Positions 49,437 through 62,466 of a DNA stretch of 64,000 nt are shown in pieces (the first letter of the stretch is position 1; every line of letters begins with the position of its first letter). Source of the stretch: Squalus acanthias. Lineage: Eukaryota. The translations under genes and the position numbers were made by a program. The notes under the pieces are model-generated. The model had not been told where the DNA came from and searched no databases. It saw nothing but the letters and a program-made list of their open reading frames with translations. Where the stretch lies: positions 73,472,001-73,536,000 of the forward strand of contig CM059432.1 of assembly GCA_030390025.1 (NCBI GenBank), in the 5' to 3' direction.

Positions 49437-50254
49437 TATATTTCTGGTTTTATGTTAAGATGGCACATAATTCAAGGTCACAAACCCAAACTGGAGAAAG
49501 ACTACTAAATCACAACCCTTTTTCTCCCTGGGAGCAGGTTACACTGGACATCTTATCAGAGCAAGGAGGGAGTGTAGGAATAGGTAAAGCTTTGGGCCTC
49601 CCTCACGTTCTGGCTGAGTTACCATCTTGCTCTTATGCCCTGCCCCTATCTCACTCACTCCCACAGAGGCACACACAGGATCTTACAATGCAAATATGAT
49701 GAGTAAAATGTTGCACTTAAAATTTGCCATTGCATTTTGCTTTGAAGTGTGTTCCAAGGAGTTGGAGGCCATTGAATCTCTTTTATTTATATGTATCCGA
49801 TAAAAACAAGAACAGAAAAAGGAGGAAAATCCTGGAAGGAATGTACCATTATTTGAATGAGGAGAGATCGGGATAAAAAGTTCTAATGCTCAACTATAAG
49901 CAAGAATTCTTTGGTAACAATATGTACTCTTGCAGAAATGCTTGGTGAAGAAGGAAAGATACTAGTTAGTTTAATCTTTTCTCAACTTTTGGGTTATGGT
50001 CCTCACTATAAAAATGCATCCTCTAGTCTGATGGAATAGTCTATATTTGTAGATATATCTACTGTATTTAATCGCCATACCATGTGCTTTGAAAGGCACT
50101 GGCCCAGAATTTCTTCGTAGATGCTCTTGTTCCGCCACCGTAACTTTGCTGGAAGTGAAGCAGAAACCCTGTTTATGCATCAAACTGAGTGTAGTCTTCA
50201 GGTAAAGTGGCATTAGAGAGGGGAGAAATTTGGGCCAGGGTACACAGACCTAAT

Positions 50255-51003
50255 TCAGTCCCTATTTTAACCCCAAAAACAGGTGGGTTTGGTTCGGGTG
50301 AGAGATTAAAAAGCTAAAAACCTGAAACAGGAACACAAGCATCCTCGAACCCACCCACTTCTAGTTTTAATGGAGGCAGGACGAGGGGTGGACGACCAAT
50401 CCACTCCCAAGAGGCGGGTAGGTCATTTAAATATTCTAATGAGGCTGGGTGCCTTCATTTTAACAGTGATTCTATTCTTAACCACAGTCGGCTGGGTTTC
50501 ACAGGCCTCAGAAAATCCAGCAGGTGAAAGGAGGTGAGGAGGGCTGAATCCATGAGGTAAGTGCCTTTACAGCACTGCAAGTGGGCCAGGAGGAGCAGGA
50601 GTGTTTCCTCCAGGCACAACAAGCACAACAAGCTTACCAGTAACCCCCCCCCCGCACCCCCACCCCGCGATTTGAGTGCTCCGTATCTCCCGACCACCAT
50701 CTGCACCCCGACCACCATCTTCTCTCCCCCCGCCGTGATTGGAGTCCCCCAACGCCCCCCCACAACGATCTCTCCCACCCACCCCCCCCCCACTGAACTA
50801 CCTGCTCTCAGCTCGGCTGCGACCTTGTGCTGCAGGATTTCCCACCCAACAGGCAGCTACCCGTCAATCAGGCCGGCTGTGGGCGGGAAACCTACAGAAA
50901 AAGTTTAAAAGACGTCCTGCAGTTAAAAACCGGTACTTCTGGATTTCCCGTTCCTAACTTCACCCCCTCGCACAGAACACGCTTCGGAAGTAAGATCGGG
51001 GCC
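50255..51003. mobile_element. Harbinger-type non-autonomous element (family D)
   Basis: Right end AAGATCGGGGCC; internal GTAAGTGCCTTT.CAGCAC...GTGGGCCAGGAGGAGCAGGAGTG shared with 61902-62466; left end decayed. Confidence 0.7.
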
Positions 51004-51012
51004 ATACTCTCT

Positions 51013-51779
51013 GGGCTGGATTTTGAATGACCCATGGAGTCGGGTTTGGAGGCGTGTGGGGGGTTAAATTTGCGGGGTCGGGGGTCTCGACCCCATCCCG
51101 ACTCCATCCCGCCTCCACGCAATTTTGACAAAATCAGTCGCGGGGTTCCCGACTCCGTCCCGCCTCCAAGAGGCGGGAGAGGCCATTAAAGCCCTTAACA
51201 AGCTCTAAATTAGCTCTGTAATGCCATTTTGAAATGTTTTAGCTAGTTTAACCCTTTTCTGACGTGAAGTACGCCTGGTGTGAAACACTCCAGTGAAACC
51301 TGGCGGGAGCACAAGTGGACAGCTGACTATCAGCTGCAGGTCCACTATTACAATGGAGATGTGATGAAGGTAGTAGTAGTATTAGGTCTGAAAGTCGCCG
51401 CTGCTGCATTGAATGTGTTCAGAGACTGCCTGGCCTTTGCTGTGAGAGGACTTGGATGCAAAAAAATCTCTCTCTCTCGCTCTCTCTCTGTCTCTCCGTC
51501 TCTCTCTCTCTCTCCATATTTTGCATCCAGGTCCATTCACATCAAAAGCAAGCCAGGCAGGTCCTCTCTCACCAACAGTCTCTGAGACTAGGCAGTCAGC
51601 AATGATGACATCATCAGAGGCGACTTTCAGACTGAAACCACTAATTGGTTCATGGGTTCCCACATGCTGAACTCAATTGCCCAATTAAGTGAAAATTGCA
51701 TCATTCATCCACATTAATCTGGAGTCGGGGGGGGAAAAAAGAAATGCGAATTACACGACCCCAAGACAAAATCCAGCCC
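51013..51779. mobile_element. Harbinger-type MITE (family B), inverted relative to 12483-13251
   Basis: Perfect 12-bp TIR with TCT TSD on both sides. Confidence 0.95.
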
Positions 51780-53164
51780 TCTGTCTTTATTTTTACACAA
51801 TACTTTCACTTAATATTATTATTTATAGGTAAATAGTAAAACTAAAGGTCTGTTGCAGCTGGGTGCCTCGGACATACAAAAGAACTGCCTGGTAAAAATG
51901 GCGGCAGGCAGAAATCAAGTGAGAATGTAGCGATAAGTCTCCTGATGCAGTTTTAACTCCGCTATGGCTCCATTCCAGTTCAACAGGAGAGTTAAAATCG
52001 CCACTATAGTGCCAGGAGTATATGAATCATATGTATTGTGAAAAGCGCTATAGAAGAGCAAATCTTTCTTTTTATTATGGTATCAAAAATTAAGTGCCAA
52101 TAAGTCTCCTCAATCACACATTGTTCATCTGATTAATTTGGCAATACCTGTTTTTGTGTTTTGATAATATTGGCCACTACATTAACCTAAATTAATTTCT
52201 GACAGTGATACTTCACCAATTGCTCCTTTTAGTATTAGAGAATTTTCAAAGATTTTGCATTTAGGCACTGTCTTCTAAATGTGATATTTTGCAAACCATC
52301 TCATGATTTGAATAGGTAGAAGAGCCATTCATTCATCATTTCCATCATGATAACTTAATTCACAATTGATACTATGATGAATTGACACCATTTATGTCAT
52401 TGCACAAGTGCCAAACACCTTTTCATGCTTATGGTACTCCTTTACTAAGCTCTCTGTAACGTACTAGAGAACTGAGTGCAAGAAAATAAACTTTTATTGA
52501 CAAGGTGAAGGTGCAATGTAGGCTAGAAATTACTGTCAATGATAATAATCAGTAAGGCATTTGTGTGACATTCTTCTATCCATTATTTCAACAGTGTTGA
52601 CTCATTTATTTACCCTAAAATATTCTATTGCAGTTCCTACAACTACTTTTATCTTCATATTTTAAATATCTATAATCCTTCCGGAAGTAACTATTCTTGG
52701 TTTAAAAAACAAAATTATGGTATGCTCCACAATAGTAGAAAATGCACCAAGTAAAGTATCAAAAATCCATCTGGGAGGCTTGCTCCTATAATACCCTAGA
52801 AAATAAATTTCACATCATCAGTACTTCAATCCCACATCACTAATTTCTAAATTCACCACTGCTACAAACTGGGTTTTGATGTATTTTAGGAAGTTCTCCC
52901 TAAAATATAAAAGTGTTGGGTATGCCTGCAGCTTAAGCTATGACCTGCTCAGGGTGAAGGGATAATTACTAGTCCTAGCCCTTTTTGGGCTACCCCAGAT
53001 TAGGCGTATTCCCCAGACGTTCACCTTCAACTAAAGTTAGCGGTAGCCGAATCCTAGAGATGCTTAATTGGGTCTAAAGGTCAGACTACCTCTCCCTAAA
53101 GGAAAGGAACGGCTTGAAGATGTTACCGCCCTCCAGATAGCACTTTTAATAAGTTTAACTAGAC

Positions 53165-55707
53165 TGTAACCTTCCAGATATTATGAGGGTCCGGAAACAC
53201 CCCCCCCCCCCCAGAATTCTGCAACTCCTCACAAAAGAGTGTACAGAAATTGAGTTTGCGAGGTTGATACAAAATTACTCTATGAGACAATTCTAAAAAT
53301 ATATAGATTTATTAAAGAACCAACAATCAGCTAACAGCTGTTGATTCAATCACAACTTTAACAGTTCAAAATACAAATAGCTTACATTTCTTATCAGAGA
53401 TCCTTATTCTCAAATCTTAACTTCGTTACATTTCCACACTTCTACTTATTTACAAAAGGTAAATCATGCTTCACTAATCTACTGGAATTTTTTGAGGATG
53501 TAACTGGTAGAATAGATAAGGGAGAACCAGTGGATGTGGTGTATTTGGACTTTCAGAAGGCTTTCGATAAGGTCCCACATAAGAGATTAGCGTGCAAAGT
53601 TAAAGCACATGGGATTGGGGGTAAGGTACTGTCTTGGATAGAGAACTGGTTGGCAGACAGGAAGCAAAGAGTTGGAATAAACGGGTCTTTTTCCAAGTGG
53701 CAGGCAGTGACTAGTGGGGTACCGCAGGGATCGGTGCTAGGACCCCAGTTATTCACAATATATATAAATGATCTAGACGAGGGAACTAGATGTAATATCT
53801 CCAACTTTGCAGACGACACAAAGCTGGGTGGGCATGTGTGCTGTGAGGAGGATGCAGAGAAACTCCAGTATGATTTGGACAGGTTGGGTGATTGGGCAGA
53901 TGCATGGCAAATGCAGTATAATGTGGATAAATGCGAGGTTATCCACTTTGGTGGCAAAAACAGGAAGACAGATTATTATCTGAACGGCAATAGATTGGGA
54001 AACAGGGAAGTGCAATGAGACCTGGGTGTCCTTGTGCACCAGTCACTGAAGGTAAGCATGCAGGTGCAGCAGGCGGTTAAGAAGGCAAATGGTATGTTGG
54101 CATTCATAGCGAGAGGATTCGAGTACAGGAGCAAGGATGTCTTGCTGCAGTTGTACAGGGCCTTGGTGAGACCACACCTTGAGTATTGTGTGCAGTTTTG
54201 GTTGCCTTATCTGAGGAAGGATGTTCTTGCCATGGAGGGAGTGCAGCGAAGATTCACCAGGCTGATACCTGGGATGGCAGGAATGACGTATGAGGAGAGA
54301 TTGGGTCGATTAGGCTTATATTCGCTAGAGTTTAGAAGAATGAGAGGGGATCTCATTGAAACTTATAAAATTCTAACAGGACTAGACAGACTAGATGCAG
54401 GAAGGATGTTCCCGATGGCGGGGGAGTCCAGAACCAGGGGTCACAGTCTAAGGATAAGGGGTAAGCCATTTAGGACTGAGATGAGGAGGAATTTCTTCAC
54501 CCAGAGAGTGGTGAACCTATGGAATTCTCTACCACACAAGGCAGTTGAGGCCAATTCATTAAATATATTCAAGAAGGAGTTAGATATATTTCTTAAGGCT
54601 AAAGGGATCAAGGGATATGGGGAGAAAGCAGGGACAGGGTACTGAATTTGGATGATCAGCCATGATCTCATTAAATGGCGGAACAGGCTCGAGGGGCTGA
54701 ATGGCCTACTCCTGCTCCTATCTTCTATGTTTCTATGTTTCTTAATCCAGAATATCCACCAAAATCAAATACCTTGATTACCCAAGACTCAAAGAGCTGT
54801 AGACCTACAGAGTGGTTCTGAAGGCGAGAATTGCTCTGCCCCTTCCAGTGACTTCTGACTTTCTATCTGAAAAGCTCTATTTTTATACCTTTTTTTAGTG
54901 GTTTATCCTTTGAATTTTCTGCTGATGTAAGCTAATTATCTCTAGCCATACCTCTGTTGACTTCTTTCTATTCTTACTGTTAATTCAGCTGTTAGCTTGC
55001 AGAATTCTGTCTGCTGTATAGGTGTTTCAAAAACTTATCATATAAAATAGTTATTACAGATTTATCTCTTTGATGCCATTCTTTTGAAGGTCTTCAATTC
55101 AATTCTTAATATTGGCTTAACTGCTTGTATTACAGACTTCTCGTCTCCTTGTGTTCCAAGTTCAACACATAAACAATGCGATTGCTTGGTACATCTATTG
55201 ATGTAATATTTTCAAAGTATTCTGTAGGTATCTTTTACAACATGTAAATTAAAAACACTTCATCGAGGGTGTTCTTTGCATTTCTTAGCTACTTCAATTG
55301 ATTGTATATATAATCATGTTTCCTGTTTCATTTGATGTTACTTTTACAAAGGCACATGGTTTTTTAATGTTCTGTTTTTCTGTTCGAAGTGTTATTTTTT
55401 AACACTTTACTTGGGCATTGCTATTGTGTTGGTTCCAATCTGCAGACTCCTTGGAACCTACAACCCTCTGTTTCAATGAGGCCACTGTCTCAGTGTCAAT
55501 AACCATTTCCCATTTCAAAAGCTTGTGTGGTGTTTACAGCTTTTGAGTTAACACTTCATCTTATCTCAGAAGCCTGTATTTCTGTTTACAGCTTGTGTTG
55601 TTGAGGCTTTTAGATTTTTAAACCCAGTTTGTCATGTTTTAATAAAATCAGAATTCTGTTCATAGAATGGTGTATTTTTCTGAATAGGTTTGGCTCATTC
55701 CTTCACA
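53165..55707 (-). mobile_element. Possible solo LTR (minus orientation) interrupted by CR1
   Basis: TGT...ACA-like ends, TTTATT at ~53308 and TTTTATA at ~54880 in LTR order on minus; no TSD found. Confidence 0.35.
53455..54745 (+). mobile_element. 5'-truncated CR1 LINE with near-intact RT/C-terminus
   Basis: [37 protein letters not shown]; the two ORFs are in frame and separated by one TGA (54016-54018, CGA>TGA-like); (TTCTATGT)n tail. Confidence 0.95.
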
Positions 55708-56329
55708 AGGGCTTATTGCACTTTCAGCGCAACCCCTTATTCTCACCTGTCATAAGATCTAAGCTCAAAGCTATTTTTGAACTACCAGCTTTTCTGAGTT
55801 TGTGACAGCTTCCGTAAAGCTGTTGTTCCATTTCTGTTAGTTGTCTAAGTTGGCATTTATTGAATAGTATCACTCCGATCTGCTGGCCTCTCAGCACTCA
55901 AAACTTGTAATGGCACTTGTAACATAACAATGCCTTAATCAAAACCTCTGGGGACCTGACTTCCCTGTTGCTAATGAAATTTCTGCTTCAGCAGAGATTT
56001 TTCCTTGTACCAGTCAGTAAGTACACTAACAAAGACATTTTTACGAGCACCTAATGCCACCCAGACACACCTCCAAAGTCTCTGCAGGGCGTAACAGGAG
56101 CGAGTGAAAGATTCACTGCCCCTTATGCAGATCATCATTCTCAAGTGGATCTTCAATGGAAACCTGGTGGATCCTGGTTTTGTCCCAGATATGTGTCCCC
56201 CCACCCCATGGGAAATCTGCAAGAGCTGTACCCTCCCCCACACCCTTATTTTTTACTCTTCATTATCCTTCTCTGTTCTTACATTGAACTTAACTCTGTT
56301 GTGGTCACTATTGTCAATTGTTCTCTGAC

Positions 56330-56810
56330 TCTCACATCAGTTATTTACCCTACTTCATTTCCCAGAAATAAATAAATCCATATTTCCTTCTTGTTGGATT
56401 GAAAACATATTGCTCAACTAAGTAGTCATGGATGTATTCCAGAAATCATTTTCCACTTTTGATCATATGCATTAATTTTATTCCAGACTATCTTCAGGTA
56501 GTTAAAATCAGCCAGTATTATTGTCACATTGTTCTAATATATCTATCTTTGAACTGTCTGCAGATCTCCACGTCTATCTCAGCTCCACTATTTAGTGGCC
56601 TGTAACATACAATCAAGAATTGTACCACTTCCTTTCCTATTTCATAACTCTTTCATATGGATTCTGTATTAATCCAACCCTCCAGGACACCCTTATATTC
56701 AACACTGTGATAGAATGCTTCAGTAGCACTGACACCCCACCCCCTTTTTCCTTCCATGTCTCTCCTAAAAGTATATGACCAAGAATATTAAGTCTCCAGT
56801 TTTGTCCAGA
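56330..56810 (-). mobile_element. Decayed CR1 endonuclease fragment
   Basis: LNILGH...KEKGGGVSVLLK resembles 24135-24518. Confidence 0.65.
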
Positions 56811-58405
56811 CATATGCTTGCGGAGGGAGTCAGATAACGCAGGGAGGTCCTCTTCCCTTCTGATGGGTGCAAGAGACCTCCCCAGGAGACCAAAGGAATC
56901 TGGCTGGAGATTGCAGAGGAGGCCAACAGAAGGGATGTGGTAAGGAGAACCTGGGTGCAGTGCCAGAAGCACTTCAATGATCTCATTAGATCTGGAAAGG
57001 TGAGTGCAAAGCCACACTCAACTTCATCCTGCTGTGCCTCTCATCACATCCCCATCACACTGCCTTCCCAACCCTGCTCCTGCACATCCTTTCTCACACC
57101 AACATACCTTGCACGTCCACCCATCCCTCGCTCTACATTATCACATCCCTATCTGACTAACCACCCCTCACACTCACCCTCATTCTAATGCAATCATACC
57201 AACTGACAACACACAAGGAGGCCATTTGGCATTGGCACCCCACTCCATCATAGTCACCCTCTACAGATGTAACCCACACATTCCTTACACTCATTCCGTC
57301 ACTCTCACTCAAACATCTCTTCCTTCCCTCCTTGCAGAAGAAGAGAGCCCACAAGAAGAGGGAGAGGGAGAGAACCGGAGGTGGCCCTCCATCATTCGCC
57401 ACATTGACTCCAGCAGAGGAGGTCGCCCTGGAGGTCTCAGGAGTTGCAGAGCAGCTGGTGGTGGGAAATGGAGAGAGGGGAACATCTCAGCAAACTGCTG
57501 ACAGAATTACATCTCATACAGCTACATGGTATACAATAGTCACTCATATGGGGACTGATGTCAGCAGCCAGTGAATGTTCATCATGTGCGTAATGGTATC
57601 GTTACCCATTCTTGATATGACATTTCTAACTCATCTCTTTGCTCTCCCACAGGTCCATCAAAAGCACCCCGCCCCCCCCCCCCCCCAACTGTCCAGGCGG
57701 AAGAGGAAGACGACTCCTCAGAGGAGCCTCCAGGCTCTAAGGATACACCATCACCAGACCCAAGCGCACCCAGCACCAGTGCAGATATGCTCACCTCGGT
57801 GGGTTCTACCCGAAATAGTGTAGTGTTGTTACCTGAAGTCTCACAAGTCACAAGTGAGCAAGAGCAGATGGTGGAGACAGGGACAGCAGTGGAGACTTCT
57901 TGCCGGAGGGCACAGGACACTCCCAGCTCTGCTCAGCTGCATGCAGACGCTGAGCTTCGGGGGCCATCCAGAAAGAGGGCGATCCTGGAGGTGTAGCAAG
58001 AAGTGTAGGAGGCTCTGACAGGTTTTGCGACTGTGATGTCTGCAGATGTGCAGAAAATGGAGGAGTCCATCTCCAACATGAGCAGCACCGTGTCGCAGGT
58101 GATGGTGACTGTAGGCTCTTCCATGGAAAGGATGGCCACATGCATGGAGCAGCTAATGCGCCACTCACAAGAGCACATGCTATCTATGGCAAACAGATGG
58201 CAGTGGCTCATAGACCTCCTCTCTAGGAGGGATGTCAACATAGACTTGGGTCCTCATGGCCCCACTGCTGTGCAGCAAAGTGCTCTCCAGCTCCTTGCTG
58301 GCAGGGAAGTGCGGATGGCCCATGAGAGGGATCCTGGTGAGTGGGGCTCCTCTCAAAGCGTTCACACATCTCCCCCATTGCCTTCCCCTCAGTCAGAGTC
58401 CCAGA
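56811..58405 (+). pseudogene. Harbinger Myb gene, 5'- and 3'-truncated
   Basis: QCQKHFNDLIRSGK|GTGAGT (56999), exon 2 at 57338 (KKRAHKKRERERTGGG), exon 3 from ~57653; in-frame TAG at 57994-57996. Confidence 0.87.
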
Positions 58406-59143
58406 TGTCAGCCACTTACTTGAACTTTGCCACTGATGAAGCCAGTGTTACTGAGCAGGCGCTCAGCTTTGCGGCTCTGTCTGGCTTCCGACAGGTGCAG
58501 GGCATCATCGACTGCACACATGTGGCTATCAAGGCACTCCCAGGAATATTTGTGAACCGCAAGGGCTTCCACTCCCTCAATGTGCAGCTCGTCTGAAACC
58601 ATAAAAGGATGATCATGCATGTGTTCCAGATTCCCTGGCAGCTGTCATGACTCTTTACTGCTGCGCCAGTCCACCCTCCCTCAGCTCTTTGTACCTCCAA
58701 ACAGACTTACCAGCTGGCTGCTTGGAGACAAGGGCTATCCACTGAAGACGTGGCTCATGACACCCTTGAGGAGGCCAAATAATGAGGCCAAGGAGCGCTA
58801 TAATGACAGCCACATGTCCACCAAATGTGTCATAGAGCAAGCAATCAGCATGATGAAGATGCGCTTCAAATGCCTTGACAGATCTGGAGGAGCACTTCAG
58901 TACGCACCAGCCAGGGTCTCCAGAATCATTGTCGTATGCTGCGCGTTGCACAACATAGTGCAGCAGCGAGGATTGGAGCTGCAGGAGGAGCAAGGCACAG
59001 CGTGCACAGCCTCTTCGGAGGAGGAGGAACAGGTGGAACACGAAGAGGAGGAGGAGGAACCTGAGGTGGAGGTGGTACCAGCAGCAGTGCACATTGCTCT
59101 CCGGGAGGCCCGGGATGGCCTCATAATGGCCAGATTTACTTAA
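58406..59143 (+). pseudogene. Harbinger transposase catalytic-domain remnant
   Basis: [48 protein letters not shown]. Confidence 0.92.
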
Positions 59144-59434
59144 CTTGCACCAGTCCACCCATATGGCTGCCAGACGCTGTACCAACTTCCCCCACCCCCA
59201 ACAACATCACAAAGCAGTCCTACAATGACCAAACCATTCCTGTCACCCAAACCCCCATTGCTCAAGGTTAAGTCATGTCTACCATTCACTCCAAGTGACA
59301 AAGCCACTTCCCAGGTAGCAGGTAAAAATGGACAAGACAAGTTGTGCAAAGAAATAAATTTATGTGTGTCATAAATATAACTGAAACTTAACATTAACAT
59401 TTTTTCATACATCAATGTCCATACCTTTGTGCAT

Positions 59435-61059
59435 CTAGGATTGTGTCTTTTTTCTTTTCCACATGCTTCTACAAGGTGCAACCCCTGTGGCTTCAGCAGA
59501 GTTAAAGGTAGGCAGCTCACTTCCCTGCTGCGACTACTTAGACACTTTTGGCAGACGTGCTCTGGGTTTTGGAGCTTGTGAGGGCCCCGCCAAAGACTGC
59601 TCCTCCTGCAACTGTGCAGGGGCAGACTCGGCCATCGGGATCTGAGGCAGCATGAGGGGCTCTGACTGAGGGGGAGGCAATGGGGGAGAAGTGGGAGCAC
59701 TTTGAGAAGAGCCCCCACTTCCATGTCCCCTCTCAACATCATCCCTCTCATGGGCCACCCACACATCCCTGCTAGCAAGGAGCTGGAGAGCACCCTGCTG
59801 CACATCAGTGGGGCGATGAACATCCATGTCTATGTTAATATCCCTCCTCGAGATGAGGTCAATGAGCGTCTGCCATCTGTTGTCCACAGCAAACATGTGC
59901 TCATTGGAATTAGGCATTTGCTGCTCCATGCAGGTGGCCATCCTCTCCATGGAACAGCACGTTGTCGCCATCGCCTGCGACATAGTGGTGCTAATGTTGG
60001 AGATGCACTCCTCCATTCTCTGCACAGGTGCAGCATCTGCATGCAGCTCAGCAGAGCTTGGAGCATCCTGTTCCCTCCGGCGAGGAGTCTCCACTGCTGT
60101 CCCTGTCAACACCATCTGCTCTTGCTCACTTGTGAAGTGTGAAACACCAGGTGACAACACTACTCTAACTCTCACAGGACCCACCAAGGTGTACGTATCT
60201 GCGCTGGTGCTGGGTGTGCTTGGGTCTGCTGACGGTGCACCCTCAGAGACTGGAGCTTTCTCTGAGGAGTCGTCTTCCTCCTCCGGCTGGACAGTTGAGG
60301 GGGGTGGGGGAGCGGCACTTGATGGACCTGTGGGAGAGTAAGGAGATGAATTCGAAGTGTTATGTTAAGAATAGGTAATGTTACCATTATGTACATGATG
60401 ACATTTCACAGGCTGCTGAAATTTGTGAAGACTGGAGGGCCACCTCCGGTTCTCTGCCTATCCCTATTGTTCTAGGCTCTCTTCTCCTGCAAGGAGGGAA
60501 AGAAGAGAACTTTGAGTGAGAGTGATGGAATGAGTGTAAGGAATGGATGGGCTACATCTGTAAAGGGTGACTATGAGGGAATGGGGTGACATTGCCAAAT
60601 GGCCTCCTTCTGTGGTGTTACTTGCTATGATTGCAGTAGGTTGAAGGTGAATGTCAGTGGTGGTTAGTCAGATGGGGATGTGAGTAGGTGCATAGACAGA
60701 AAGGGATGGGTGGACCTGCAAGGTAGGTTGGTGTGAGGAGTGATGTGCAGGAGTGGGCTTGGGAAGGCAGAGTGATGGGGATGTGTTGAGAGGCACATCA
60801 GGATATAGGTGAGTGTGGCATTGCACTCACCTTTCCTGACCTCATGAGATCATTGAATCTCTTGCGGCACTGGATCCATGTTCTCCTCACCACATCCCTG
60901 CTGCTGACCTCCTCTGCGATATCTAGCTGTGGCCTCTTTGTGTCTTTTTCGGCCATCTGCAGGGAAGAGGACCTCCCTGCGTGCTCTTACTCCTTGGACC
61001 AACACCTCCAGGGAGGCATCTGGGAATCTTGGCCCTCCCCTCTGTCTTTGTGTCTCCAT
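59435..61059 (-). pseudogene. Harbinger Myb gene with deletions; element right end AAAGATTCCGGCC at 61351-61363
   Basis: METQRQRGGPRFPDASLEVLV..., donor at 60830, acceptors at 60487 and 60328, exon 3 ORF 59534-60187. Confidence 0.87.
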
Positions 61060-61659
61060 GACCCACAGAATTGTCAATGTTATTCAGCAATTTTGAGCTC
61101 TTGAAATCACCTTGAACACTCCGACAGCAACCTTCAAATGAGATGTGTGCAAGGCTGCTATAAATATCCACGCTGAAAACGAGTCATCAGTGACGTCATC
61201 AGACCCGCTCCATGTAATTGGGCCGGGAAACTCGCATGACTCTTTTAATTGGTGCCATTGAGTTAAACGCGCAGTGCAGAACGCACTGTTGAAATCTTCA
61301 GGATGCCGACCCACTACGCAGCCCGCACGCACCCAATCCGACTCCAAGGTAAAGATTCCGGCCATTGTCACTGTCCACCTCACATTTGTCCAACATTATG
61401 GGGGTGAATTTCTCCAGGGGTTCTCCCACAAGCCTATCATAACTTTAGCGGAAGAGCCGCAGAAACCCTGGATGAGTGGGAGAACCTCCAATCCCACCCC
61501 TGAAAATTACCCCCTCTGTATATATTGTGCATATCCAGTAACTCAGGGGTTCCCTGCACTTGTGAGTTGTGTCTCCAGCTGCTGCCTCTGGAAATGGTCA
61601 CCGACTTCTCTCTTTTCGCATTATCCCTATCTGCTGAACTGTCCAGCACTGCCTCTAGG

Positions 61660-61885
61660 GTGGGTCAATAGGGTAAATACAGAGAAGCTATTTCTTCTGG
61701 TGGGCGAATCCAGCACTAGGGGGCTCAATCTTAAAATTAGAACTGGGTCATTCAAAAGGTAGTGGAAATCTGGGATTGATGGCAGGTCAATGGAGTTGAG
61801 GCACAGTTCAGCCATGATCTAATTAAATGGTGGAACAGGCTCATGGGGATGCATAGCCTACTCCTATTCCTATGTTCCTATGACC
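61660..61885 (+). mobile_element. CR1 3' end fragment
   Basis: RVNTEKLFLLVGESSTRG; tail CCTACTCCTATTCCTATGTTCCTATG. Confidence 0.8.
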
Positions 61886-61901
61886 ACATTCTGCAAAGCA
61901 A

Positions 61902-62466
61902 GGGGGTAATTTTAACTCCCAAAAATGGGTGTGTTGGGGTTGGGTGAGATATTAAAATTTTAAAAATCTCACACCCGACCCCAACCTGCCCACTCCTGGG
62001 TTTAACAGATGCGGGTTGCCCATAGGCTTGCAGCCTCACATTTAACCTGCTTTAGAGGTTTAACCCGACAGCTCAAAGGAGGCGAGGACCACTTCGGGGA
62101 GAAAGTAAGTGCCTTTGCAGCACACTTGTGGGCCAGGAGGAGCAGGAGTGCTTCCCCCGGCCTCCCAAGCTACCTGCTTCCCTGGGATCAGAACCACCCC
62201 CACCACCAGACCCCCCCTCCAATCCAAAGACCACCCTCCCGGTCGGAGATCGGACCCCACCCCCAGATTCGGGGATCGGACCCCACCATGCTCTGACTAG
62301 CAGCTGCAGGCTCCATACCTGCTCCTGTGGTCTGCTCCAGAGTGCACCCCGCCCAACTCCACAGCATGCGGGGAAACCCGGACTTCTGGGTTTCCCGACC
62401 GAAACTCCGCACCCCCCACCCACCCCCCAACCGCTTATCAAACCCGCCCCTGTCAATATCGGGGCC
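61902..62466. mobile_element. Harbinger-type MITE (family D)
   Basis: Termini GGGGGTAATTTT / AATATCGGGGCC; flanks CAA/TAA. Confidence 0.75.
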
